Origin: Takakia lepidozioides
Taxonomy: Eukaryota > Plantae > Bryophyta
Reading direction: 5' to 3'
Length of the DNA: 64,000 bases
NCBI GenBank assembly: GCA_030704615.1
Contig: CM060732.1
Location: 75,888,001-75,952,000, forward strand
Part shown: piece after piece, positions 1 through 11,580 of the stretch
How the letters are laid out: every line of letters begins with the position of its first letter
Numbering within the stretch: the stretch's first letter is position 1
The notes under the pieces: generated by a model
What the model saw: the letters and a program-made list of their open reading frames with translations, nothing else
What the model was told of the DNA's origin: nothing
Databases searched by the model: none
Program-made: the position numbers and the translations under genes

Positions 1-1249
1 ATCTCAACATTATTGTTCAAATATTTCATGTGCTGCTCTTGAAAGGTCGTGTGCTCAGGTGGGCAGTTTAGGTACCAACCACAATCTCTGAAGTGAGAAA
101 GACTCCAGTCCTTCAATATCCCTGCAGTGTACATGGTTGGATCGTTTGCAAGGTCCGACCCCATGTCAAGATAGTCTGGAATACCGCTGAGGTGATTTCT
201 ATCCATAAGCACATATTTCGTGCACCTGTGAAACACGAGACAAAACCCAACCCACCAAAGCGCGAAGTGAGTAAGATGCCAGTAGCACAGAATGAAAAAA
301 ACGAGGAAGGAAATGGAGCTCAGAACAGCTCTAAGGAGCTCTCAGGAGCTCACAACAGCTCTGGATGTGAATGTCATCAACGACATTCACAAAATTCCAT
401 TCAAGGACACTGCAAACACACTCTAAGTTCCTAATCCAGGTGAATGCAATCTCTAGCTTTGGAAGGACACACTACAACAAAAAGCGGCTTTTACGTCTCT
501 GTGTTATGACTGCAAATGCAGTCATGGAAGCCATTTACGACTTCCTGACTCTGAAGACGTAAAGACCTAGTCAGTTGTGACATGGCAGATATGACTCTCC
601 AGGCTGGCTGTGACGTGGCGCCTAAGCAGCTGTGGGGGTAGTCATACACGCTGGCTTTACTGAATGACTGAACGGACAATGTAATCCATGTCAGCGGCTG
701 TGCAAGAGTGGCACGTGCTCGATACATGAAATGACACGTGGCAGAGTGTTCGCTCTCCATGACTGCCAACTATGACTACGGGAGTGCTAATCTGATTGCA
801 ACACGTGGCGCATTGTAATTTTTACACGTGGTCCCTCAGCAGATTGACATGTGTCATGATTGGTGTTTTTTGGGTGTATTGCTATTTTTTTTACATATTT
901 GTATTTCTGCCACATGGTGTAGTACTATTGGAGAGTGAAAATATATGTAGTCATTATTATGACTATGATAGTAGTCATGTACATGTCTATTACAACAATG
1001 AAATATAATATATAATACAAAGAGAACAAGGCAGCAAGACATAACTGCAACAAGCTGAGCAAAACCAAGAGATTGTATACATTCTTTATTTACCAATCTA
1101 TTTATCATTATCATTTTGGTCGCGATCTAAAAATACATAAAATAGTCACATGTTCTCATGTGAATTATATTGTCTAACTATAACACTTTGAAAAGTGTTC
1201 ACCCATAATCTTCTAACTACTCATGCTATTCCATCAATCTGCAACCTAT

Positions 1250-1720
1250 CAAAAACTAAAGCTTGCATGGCTTTAAGAATTACTACAGCAATGACATCTA
1301 TTTGTTTTCCAAGTTCTTGCATAAGATGCACCAACCAACATTGCATTGTGAGACACTCACTCGCTATACTCCAAAGCGTCCAGGGAAGGTCACTGAGCAA
1401 CCTGCCAAGGCGGAAATAATTAAGAGAATTGTCTAATACCATATATGAAAAACCAATGCCAGTGTTATTTATGGTAACTTCTATCCCATGGACTCGTAAA
1501 CAAACCAAAGCAAAAAGGTTGGTGTGTGTTGGCAAAGTCGTCAGATACTTCACAAAGAAACATGCACTAAAAATGAGAGCCAGGAGGATAGGAAGGTCAC
1601 TCACGTTTATACAAAGACGTCTTGCCCATTGCCCAACACCCTGCGTCACCCACACTCTATCTCTACTCCTTCAGCTATCCATGCCTCTGCACAAAATCAA
1701 GCATTCAACCTTGTCTTGCT
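1250..1720 (-). pseudogene. Highly degraded PPR-like fragments inside the CACTA
   Basis: MQELGKQIDVIAVVILKA resembles the PLS motif [19 protein letters not shown]. 1660-1760 is duplicated at 2225-2330. Confidence 0.35.
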
Positions 1721-2109
1721 ACTAGCAACTGACAATGACAGCCTACATTTGTTCTAGGAAACACCCAACTCAGCATAGCACACTAGTTCCTATGTTGAAT
1801 TGCGTCTGCTACTCTTTGAAATGTAGCAGGCATTCACCTTTCTGCCCCGGTTGACCCATCAGTGACAAGGCTCAGATAAGTATTCATTCCACAACTTCTC
1901 CTCATCTCTGTTACCTGTTTTTGACACTTTCCTGTTGTCACATTGGCAGTATCATGTCAAAGTCACTCCAAACTAGATTCACTCAACCAGCTAACTTGTA
2001 GAATTGAACATGTAAATTTAGGGCCGATTATGATAAAGAGGGAAAAACAGGGTGAAATGTGTTGAAGAAGATGCCTTCATTAGCAGTGCCTGATTGGTCC
2101 GGACTTGTG

Positions 2110-2215
2110 CCGTTGCTGCCAGTTGACCATCTACCCATGCAGGTTTCTTGTAGCTATTGATCCACAGGGAATCACAGGTAATCTTGTGCTTGAAATCTGA
2201 CCCTCTTGGACCCAC
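2110..2215 (-). pseudogene. OSB-type PDF motif fragment inside the CACTA
   Basis: PRGSDFKHKITCDSLWINSYKKPAWVDGQL matches the OSB PDF motif pattern P-x-x-PDFKHK-x-TGEALWI...P-x-WV-x-x-QL. Confidence 0.7.
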
Positions 2216-2349
2216 ACAAAATCCCTACTCCTTCAGCTATCCATGCCTCTGCACAAATCATGCATATATCCTCACCTTGCTGCTAGCAGCTGACAATGAC
2301 AGCCTAAAATTGTCAAAGCAAACACTAGCAGGGAAAACAGGGTGAAATA

Positions 2350-2850
2350 TGTTGAAGAATGTACCTTCACCCCTTTCCCCATCATTTGCTTTCAGGTGTC
2401 CAAAGCCCCATCTCGCGCTCCTGCTCTGTACACCCTGCAAGCATCGCATTCCACGACACCACATCTGGTTCAGCCATAGTGTTGAACACTCCCTTAGCAT
2501 CCTCAACGCTCCCACATTTAGCATACATGGCCATCAGAGCAATGTTCAGGATGACATCTGGTACAATTGCAGATTTGATGATGTTACCAGGGATCTCTTT
2601 GCCCTTTTCTAGGGCTGCCAGACGCATTGTAAACGCACACAAACGTTATGTCAACGGCCTTCACCCCTTCCCCCATCATTTGCTCAAAGGTTGGAGCCTC
2701 CATCCCGCACCCCAGCTGTGCATACCCTGCAAGCATCGCACTCCACAACACCACATCTCGTTCAGCCACAGTGTTGAACACTCCCTTGGCATCCTCGATG
2801 CACCCACATTTGGCATACATGTCCACCAGGGCAGGGGCAGTGTTCAGAAG
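2350..2850 (-). pseudogene. PLS-class PPR gene fragment inside the CACTA
   Basis: Frameshifted motifs [37 protein letters not shown] and [34 protein letters not shown]. Confidence 0.9.
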
Positions 2851-2859
2851 GACATGTGG

Positions 2860-5600
2860 TAATTTGACAGGCATTCGCCTCCTGACTTGGCTGTTCCCAA
2901 CCCATCCTGCCAGGGGTACAGGCACAATTCCCTTGATAGAATTGAAGAGAGCGTCTCTTTGGTGAGAGAACCCCGGACAGCGTATCAGAAAATGAATATT
3001 GTCTTCAGATTGCCCACACAACGGACAATTGCCCTCTCCCTTTCCTCTCTGCTTCTGTTTGCTGTTCAAAGGTAGGCTTCCTGCCCTGAGTTTGAATTTT
3101 CAGTCTAGTGCCGAGAGTGGGTAGACCCTTGAGGTCATCCAAGATGTCCACCCCCATGTCACTGACTGGAAACAAGTTCAGGGAAGTTCTCTGCCTAACT
3201 TCATTTTCATCAGACAATCTCATGGCAACAGACATGGCTTCAGACACTACAGCCTCTAAGGAGATTGGTTGGAGTCTCCCCTATGCCTGTAAAGTCATCT
3301 GCAAACATAAGGGCTGGTATGGTGGTATCACCCACCCTTAACCCAAATCCTTCACTTTCCACATCCTCGAGGAGTTGATTGATGAAAACATTGAAGAGCA
3401 GAGGGGAGAGAGTACATCCTTGAGCTACACCTTGGTCTATGTCAAAGAAGTTGGACTTCTGTCCGTTAACAGTGACACAGCTTTTGGTGTGAGCATTCAA
3501 GTTGTGGACAACTCTCCACATCTTTCCCTTGATCCCACAAGACCAGAGGCGGAACCATAGGCCATCTCTCCACACTATGTCATAAGCCTTTTTGACATCC
3601 AGGAAAAAAACATAAGTGGGTTTCCCTTCTTTTTTCCTTCCCTGAATAATCTGGCTTAGAGTGAAGATATGATCCACACAGCCCTTGTTTCGCCGAAAGC
3701 CAGCTTGACCTTCGTGGAAACAACCTCTAGACTCCAGATCAACCTCGAGACGAGTACTTATAACTCTGCAGAATGTCTTGCCAACAGCATTGAGGAGCGT
3801 GATGCCACGGTAGTTCCCTGGTTCTTCTTTGTCACCCTTCTTGTATAGACTGACAATGACCCCCTGTCGCCAGCGAAAGGGGATCATTTCAGTCTTCCAG
3901 ATAAGGTTAAAGAGGAGAACTAGGGCCTCTATCATGGGATTGCCACCGTGCTTGATAAGCTCGTTGACAATACCATCAGGTCCACCAGCTTTATATCCAT
4001 TTAAATGTTCAATTGCTTCCACAATCTCAGAAGAACTAATGGGAGCGTTATAAGCCATTGAAATATACTCCAGTTCATCAGGGCTGTTTTGAATCATAGG
4101 AACAATTTTTCCAACTGTGTCCCTCCATTCAGCAGAAGACCCCTCACTGTTAGACCTAGAAGTTCTGCCAAGGATACTGTAGTGATTTTCAAAGGTTTTG
4201 ACAATGTCAACCGATGAAGTCACCACTGCACCTTTAGTAGTCTTCAGCGCTTGTACTTGCTGACCGTTTTTAGGCTTGTACAAACGTTGAAGGGCCAACC
4301 AGAATTTCTTGTCATTACCACCATGGTGGTTTGAGTTTATTTCACTGTATAACTTATCCCAGTATAATTTCTTCTGAGACCTAACAAGCTGATTGATATC
4401 TTTCCGGAGCTGATAGTACCTCGCCCACAATTCTCTGTTGGTTTTCAAATTGCAGCACTCTTTATAGAGGGCTCGTCTCTCAGCTATCTTGAGTTTGATC
4501 TCATTGGTCCACCAATTAATAGCTCTACCACAGACAATTAGTTTCCTCCCAATGATCTTGTCAGCCACGGAGGAGACGAAACTCTCCCAAGAGTCCACTG
4601 CTCTTTCGACTTCATTTCTTGCGTTGTCAGAGCGAGACTGAAGTTCTTGGAGCGATTGGACAAAATGAGGGAGAGCCTCTTGCAAGGCCTGGACGTACTC
4701 ACCTTGACCTCCTCATTATGGAATTTTTCTATGCGCCACTTCCGAATCGAACGTTTCACAGATCTGTTGGTGTTGGGAAAACACCTTTTGATCTCAGTCC
4801 AAACCAGGAAGTGGTCAGAGGTACCAATATCAGTTCTATCGATCAACACATTGGCACACTGGGGAAACAAATTTTTGTCCATTATGATATAGTCCACAAT
4901 GGAACGTTCCCCAGTTTGGGATTTCTCACGAGTCCACTGCACTTGGTCACCTCTTGTCCTGTTATTCAAGGTCAAAAGCTGAAGCTCTTCCAGACAGTTA
5001 ATTAACCGTCTGCCATTAGAATTCAGCTCGTCCTCACCAAAAGGCCCAATGATATCGTCCTGATGGAGCCCTTTGCCCACCCGGGCATTGAAGTCACCCA
5101 ATAGCACTACCTGACCTTTGGCAAGGAACGAAGCACAGTCCAGCTTTACATCTTCGAAGGCTTTGTCTGCGTCAACACTAAGGGTCCCCTCTGTGGGCAT
5201 GTAAACACAACCCACAAAGAGGTCCTTCGTACTCATGCCGCCCTTCAGATTCAGTTTTAGCCAGATACTATGTTCGTACCTCAAACCCTTGTTGATAATT
5301 TCACAATTATCAAACAAGAGAACACGAACAAAGAATCCAACCCCTTTATGACCGCGTTTGGCAGAGGCTGCCTTGAGAGTACACATCCTACCTGCCCATT
5401 TATAACCATTGACATCTCCAACCAGTTTATCCGAAGTTTCCCATGTTTCTTGCCCAGCACAGATATGAATATCATGAGTCCGAAGGACTTGTCCAACTTC
5501 GAGTTGTTTCCTTTGGTTAGTAAGCCCTGAGAAGTTGAAAGTGGCCAGCCGCAAGCCAACCCTTTGCATGTGAATTGTTTGTCGTCTAGGAGAAGCTTAG
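2860..5600 (-). mobile_element. Non-LTR retrotransposon (LINE; APE endonuclease + RT + C-terminal CCHC), degraded, no ORF1 seen
   Basis: APE motifs TFNFSG, QETW, LGDFNA, IVDYI, SDH (4538-5569). RT motifs GPDGI, NYRGITLL, QAGFR, FLDVKKAYD, GVAQGCTLSPLLF, FADD (3240-4685). Frameshift at ~4690, deletion after FADD, and CPLC..EDNIHFLIRCP at ~3030-2970. Confidence 0.92.
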
Positions 5601-8536
5601 AAAGGAAATCTAAGGGGACATACAAGATGTCGTGCAGCAAAGAAAGTAGGCTACGAAGACAGACATGACGGCGTTCAACCAAGGAAAAGCCACACCTTGC
5701 GATTGCGGTTGTCCCACCATCGTGAAGGATCTTTAAGAAACTAATGCCAGCTCTGCTCCGTGCTGTAAAATCAGAGCTGAGCGGGTAGAGATTGAAACAC
5801 GGCCTGCTAAGACGAAGCTGACTCCCATGCATGTTTGCCCTCACTCCCGCTCGCTCACTCTAAGTCCCAGCCATCTCTCTCTCTCCCTCCCACTTGCTCT
5901 AAGTCTGTTCACCCTACCGTGATGGGCAACTTTTTAAGATTTTAAACCTTTTTATAAACCCTAAAAGCCCCTTTTGGATTTTTTTTTTCTTTTTTTTCTT
6001 TTCTTAAAGGAAACCACGGGCCCTTGAGGAGGGGGAAAATTTCACCCGCCTTCATTTATGGGCCATAAGACCTACAGGATGATCAACGCCCAGACATACC
6101 GTCACGAACAATCCCACATACAGGATAAGGGCAGCGGGTTTGAATCCCAAACCACCAGGGCGACACACTGTGCCACTTACTCTATCATGTGTTTTTCTTT
6201 AAATCTTTTTGCACTTTTTTGTTTTTGTTTTTTTTAATTCATTCTAGTGGTCAGAGTCTCCGTTTTTTCAAAATATAAATACTCATATATTATATATATA
6301 ACCAGAAAAGCATGTGTTGACACGTGCAGTCATGTAGTGATTTATTTATGTGATGATCTGGCAGAATGCATTAGAATGAGAGTCATGAAGTCATATGTCT
6401 GTCTAGCAATATGTACACGTCATTCTAGTGTAGCCATGACCGTGACTAGTAGTCATATCTGCCATGCCAATATTCGTGGTCAAACATGTTTGACCTGTGT
6501 TGCGCAGAGTCCGGAGCCATGCAGTCGCATATACGCCTTCCCCAGACTTGCATTATGACTTCAAAAACATTTTACGACTGCAAATGGCATTTCTGCCACA
6601 AATCTGCCATGACTACGCACCCATGGGAGTCATAAAAGCCGCAATCTGTTGTAGTGACACAGACATAGAAGTGAATGTCGGCACCGACATTCATTTTGGA
6701 TCGTTGATTACAATGCTAACAAAGCCTAACGATTTCACACCAGAGGCAACACAGTTTCCAGTAGGACATTCAACATATAAAACATATAATAAATCTCAGG
6801 AGCTCACAACAGCTCTGGAAGTGAATGTCGTCAACGCCATTCACCAAATTCCATTCAAGGACACTGCAAATACACCCTAAGTTCCTAATCCAGGTGAATG
6901 CAATCTCTAGGTTTGGAAGGACACATACATAGAAGTGAATGTCAGCACCGGCATTCACTTTGGATCTGTGATTACACTGCTAACAAAGTCTAACGATTTC
7001 TCACAAGAGGCAACACAGTTTCTAGTAGGACATTGCACCTGTACACAACTCGTATCTTGGCCCACTCTCCCCCAACCTGACTGCCAAAGTCGTTGGACCG
7101 CAAAATGTTACCGTCCTTGGAGAACTCCCGGAAAAAACAGTATCTCCAGGTGAGACCTCTCCACTTCCTTATGTATGCCTCCAATGTCATTTGAGGCGGG
7201 GAAACAATAGAAATGTTCAAGTCCTTCAAAGTCTGCTCTAGCACAATGGTGGCGCGCTTCTCCAGCTGCACATGCTTGTCATAGTGAGATTTGATCTGCA
7301 GAAGGAACTCATCACCAAGGCCAGGATCTACTATTCTAAGCTGCTTTCCAAAGGCGGACATCAGTTTGGTTCTGCGGATTTCATACTCCTTCTTTATTGC
7401 TGCTTCCACACCCTTTGATGTCCTAAGTTCCTCTGTTGTAGTGCGGTAGTATTCGGATTTCCCCTTCTCAGCTGCCTCTGCCAGTTCTTGCTGCATTGAT
7501 CAAAATATGGATGAGTACAAAACGAAATACAAACATGTATTCAGAAAGACAAGTGAGTACAGGCTCGACCTTATTGTATACATGTACTCCAGAAACGCCT
7601 CTCGAGTCAAAGAATACCAAATGCCTGCAACTCTTCCTGTTTCGCACTTCTTGATTATATCGGGGTGGAGTACTGTGCGAAAATCATCCAGCTTCATCAG
7701 ACCAATCCTCTGAATTCGGAACAATGTGTGGACCAAGCTTGTTGTCACATGAGATTTCTCTGTCGATCTGCAAAAAGATTGGAAACAATGCATTGGTAAA
7801 CATCGTTTTTTGGTGGGATTAACAAGACATTGGAGAGGCAATGGAGTCTCTAGGATGACTTACTTGTTCACGTCGTGCATAGTTGTAAGAAGCCTAGCAA
7901 TGTCGTTTCCAGGATCCAAAACCATTGCCTCTACAGCAACATGCTTGTCTTTGTCTTTCGCATGATGTTTCTGAATGTATCCCATCCATGCCAGCAAATC
8001 GGTGGTTGCCGTCCCAGACGTAGAACATGTGGTTGCAGAATTGCTGGGTGTTTCTTCCCATCATGAGGCCCAGCTCGAACTCCTCATTAACATCCTTCCA
8101 GCACTCATCCCAGGTATCTGTGATCTCAGGAGACACTAATGTGCTTTTCCCATTTGTATCCGTCAGTGACACATAAAAAACTTGTGCACCAAGTCTGTAT
8201 CCATGCACGAAATCAGTTTCCAATTTTGTAATGTCATGGGAAAGAGGGGGACGCACAACAGGCATAGATATCATCCGACATAGTGGGATGTCCAGACGCC
8301 CTCCAGAGACGAGCATGTCCCTAATAACCTCATGAGAGTTTACCTTCTGGAATGACATGAGTTCTTTCACCTTGTCAAGGTAGTGCACTTCAGGTTCAGC
8401 TGCTTCATCGCTATTCTTAGAGCTCTTGGCAGACTCGTCCCCATCTCCATAACCTTTTGCCTCTGTTCCTCTCTGCTTGGACTTCACAGTTTTCTGCACG
8501 ATGCCATGCCAATCAGACAGTGAGTATTGTGCAAAT

Positions 8537-9468
8537 AGTGAACGTCGGTACCGACCATCAGTCTGTCTCGTCTCAAATAACAGTGAATGGCGGCAGCGAC
8601 ATTCACAACCATCTACACAAGCAAAGCTGATCTAGACGAATGCAAACCAAAACAATATGACTACATAGTGATGGTCGGTACCGACAATCACTATGTTTTT
8701 GGGCAAACAGGTACAGAGAGGTTCTGAGCATTAGCGAACGGCGTTAACGACAATAAAAAAACATTGCATTTGAAGGACCTGCTGGATCGGTTTGGTGCAA
8801 TGAAAGATATGTCTAAGTGATTGGCAGCACTGACACTCACTCTAGTTTAGGGCAGAAAGTGAGTGCAGATAAGTCAGAGAGACTCCATTGTGATGATCGT
8901 CACAAACACTCACTGTTTCTTGTCTGTCTCAAACGTACTTTGCAATCGATACTCTAAATGAATCTACAGTATGGTCTCTAAAAAAGTGATTGGCGGTACC
9001 GCCATTCCACTTCCCTAATCTGTTCAACCCGAAACATAGAAAATGCAATGCAAGACTATATGACTGAATATGCCGACCATCACTCTCTCTCCACGCATAT
9101 AGGTACAGGAAGCTCATGAGGAGAATCGAATGGCGTTAACGACACTCACACTACACTAGAATCGAATGCATTGCTTTTGATGTAAGTCAATACTGGATCA
9201 TAGTTACTTTCGGCACCAACACTCACTTTCGGTTGTATCAGAATGAGAGTTTTGAAAAGAAAGAGAATGACGTTGCCGACAATCACAGGTTCCTGCTACA
9301 GAATGAAAGAGAAGAAGTGCTTGAAAGACAATCAGATTGACTCTATAATATGAAGAACAGTGAATAGCGGTACCGCCAGTTACAAACTGCTGGTGTGGAA
9401 AACCATAAACAGAGGAGTACAAAGCAAATTAACATGGCTTCATAGTGATGGTCGGTACCGACCATCAC
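8537..9468. repeat. Array of ~13 imperfect ~26-bp palindromes (consensus close to AGTGAWKGTCGGTACCGACMMTCACT) in intron 1 of the ParB-like gene
   Basis: Copies start near 8537, 8582, 8667, 8733, 8816, 8889, 8985, 9063, 9125, 9202, 9262, 9359 and 9443. The copy at 9443-9468 (AGTGATGGTCGGTACCGACCATCACT) is a perfect palindrome. Confidence 0.85.
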
Positions 9469-10685
9469 TTTCTAGGACATTGCACTCACTCTCTTCGTAG
9501 ATCTATAAACAGGTTATGGAAGGTAGAGAACACTTACTGGCGCCTTCTTAGGTTTTGAATTTGGATCCCCTTCTGCAGCTTTCCTCTTCCCTCTCTCATC
9601 TGCTGGAATTTATGTCTGCTCTAGGGTTTGTAGACCTTCTCCCGGTTCAACGTTCCCCGGACTTCCACCTCCTTCAGTTTCCCTGCGAATCAGCTCTGCT
9701 TCCACAGTCTGGTTTCCATCGCTCACTGTTCTCTCTGACTGTGTGACAGCTGCAACCTCATTCTCGGTCTGCTCTTGTGTTGCAGTCTTCGCGTTCACCT
9801 GCTGCCTTGGCCCTGTGTTCTCCATCAAACGACGCCTCGTCATTTGCTCTCTTGCTGTGAGTTCTCTCTAAGGGAAGTAAAATAAAGTGACTTCCTTCTT
9901 TTTCGTATTGTAGAAGGAACCCTCTCCAGCTTGACTACCTCTCTCCCTCTAAGTGCGGAAACTAGAAAGACAAAGTGACTCTCGATTTCTTGCGGAGTCG
10001 CGTGCGTTGGGGATTGTCTCTAGAAGCATCGGATTCCCTCTTGCGTGACTGTTACACAAATGTCGTTCCCTTATTAGTGCACCTGCCAGCCATTAGTGGA
10101 CAGCTGTTTGTCTGCAATGTAGTAATCAATGTCTGACGTGTGTCGCCCGTGTCGTTTATTTGAACGGTTTCAATAATTGAAAATAACAATGGGGCCATCT
10201 GGCGCACAAAATCAGACTAATAAATGTAAATGAACGAGTGTTTGATGAATTTTTTTTTAATATCATATACATTCATCCTTGTAAGTCAACCCCATGTACG
10301 TTTCACAGTTTGGACTTTTCAGGTGCGCATGAACATTGGTACTAGTATAAAGATGCATTTACTTCATCTGCTATCCCACCCTCAGATCCTTTGGCACACT
10401 TCCGAGAAGTCGGCTGGTTATTATGTTTATTGATGAGGTTCTGAATAAAGGTTTAACAACTACCGAAATTGCTCATAGGGATACTCTGTCTACAGGGCCC
10501 ACAAAAAAAGTAATTAAAATGGACGGCTGCATGTGTGGAAGGAATAACAGAATATGCACAATCATCATGTGAGCTTTCTCCGCGATATTCTCTGCTCATT
10601 CTTCTATAGTGTTTTGGAGACCTTAGTTAATAGATTTCACTGAAGAGTTGCGATAACAAGGCATCTTCGTACGAGAGGAGGGAAG

Positions 10686-11580
10686 ATGGCTTCCTCTGAA
10701 GCAGAGTTCTTCTCTGACGACAAACCAGTGCCGTTCTCCAAGGAAGCCCTTAACAATGGATTCGCAATTGTCCTGGAACATGTCTTGGTTACTCGGTTTG
10801 AGCTTCAGAATGGCTCCATCTTTTTGGGGAAAGAGGTGTACGATTTGGAAGGGAAGTTGTTGAAATACTATTTCCAAAACCGTGATGAGACGGCTCATGT
10901 CAGCCAGTGGAGACTGCGCCCTGGTCGATACAGAGTACTTGGAGAGCCTCGGCGAAAGTCCCTTGGATTATATGTGACGCTCGGGACTGTTGCTTCAGTC
11001 GTTGAAGACAAGAGGGAGGTGGTGGTGAAAAAAGAACAGACGTCCTCCATTCCAATCGTTGAGCTTTCAGATTCGTCCGATGATGACATAAGTGAAATTC
11101 CAAATCCAGGCCTTCCTATTGTAGTTGGGGAAGCGGATGAAGAAGAGATTTGTAGTGTCATTCCAAAACTACGGGCGATGGGATGAATGGCAGGTTTCAA
11201 AAGCGAGTTGCGAGGAATTGATTGGGAATCTTTGAAGCCTGTGAAGTTCCTGCCAGAGACTTTTGATGGCGATATCCTATTCGAGCTGCCTCCTCCTCCG
11301 TGAGTTGGAGGTGTAACAATTATGATGCATGGAATGGACAAGAAACACGACGGGAACCCGTGGTGTAGAACAAAAACATCCAATATTCAAAATGATGACA
11401 AGCTTGTTTTCAGGAGAACAGTTTGCAATGGACACATTAGGTATGATAATTTGAATTGCAGACACTTTCTTTAGTCTGGGGTTCATAATCAAAGCGAGTG
11501 GGAGGGTCTGGCGGAAAATAATCACCAAAAGCACCTTGAGCGATTGGGGAAGATAACTGTGCGCCATCGCCACTAGCAAG
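10686..11580 (+). pseudogene. Truncated Mutator-like (WRKY/GCM1-type N-terminal region) transposase-associated ORF
   Basis: Reads through stops (11184, ~11301, ~11471) as VKFLPETFDGDILFELPP...MHGMDKKHDGNPWCRTKTSNI...FRRTVCNGHIRYDNLNC...NQSEWEG. The DG-x-x-W...C-x-G-x-x-x-C pattern resembles WRKY/GCM1-type domains of MULE transposases. No DDE or SWIM region remains, so the family call is inference. Confidence 0.5.

Larger units (their letters stand above)
470..6656. mobile_element. Complete non-autonomous CACTA (En/Spm) element with captured fragments (Pack-CACTA-like)
   Basis: Left TIR CACTACAACAAAAAGCGGCTTTTA; right end reverse-complements to CACTACAACAGATTGCGGCTTTTA. 3-bp TSD ACA at 467-469 and 6657-6659. 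Subterminal ATGACT/AGTCAT and ACACGTG repeats at both ends. No transposase inside. Confidence 0.93.
341..7035. repeat. ~270-bp tandem repeat in an intron; first copy split by the CACTA insertion
   Basis: 341-469 matches ~6797-6923, and 6657-6772 matches ~6921-7035, at high identity. Confidence 0.85.
1..9843 (-). pseudogene. Intron-containing ParB/sulfiredoxin-like domain gene, transposon-associated, degraded; 3' end lies left of the window
   Basis: Approximate exons 9538-9843, 7864-8493, 7570-7767, 7039-7490 and 1-225 with GT-AG borders. In-frame joins read VN-K|STEKSHV and VY-R|CTKYVLM. The ParB-like motif MFYVWDGNHR at ~8030-8000 is followed by a 1-nt frameshift into LLAWMGYIQKHH...LLTTMHDVN. 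There is an in-frame stop at 9610. Confidence 0.6.

Noticed and set aside
8537-9468. CRISPR array (palindromic repeats separated by spacers)
   Set aside because: The context is a eukaryotic intron with no cas genes. The repeats are degenerate, spacer lengths vary and the spacers resemble one another.
11571-11580. CACTAG at 11571 (and at 12663) as the left TIR of the transposase-bearing CACTA
   Set aside because: It does not match CACTACTGCAAAAAGG beyond a few bases, has no TCA TSD and lacks subterminal repeats.
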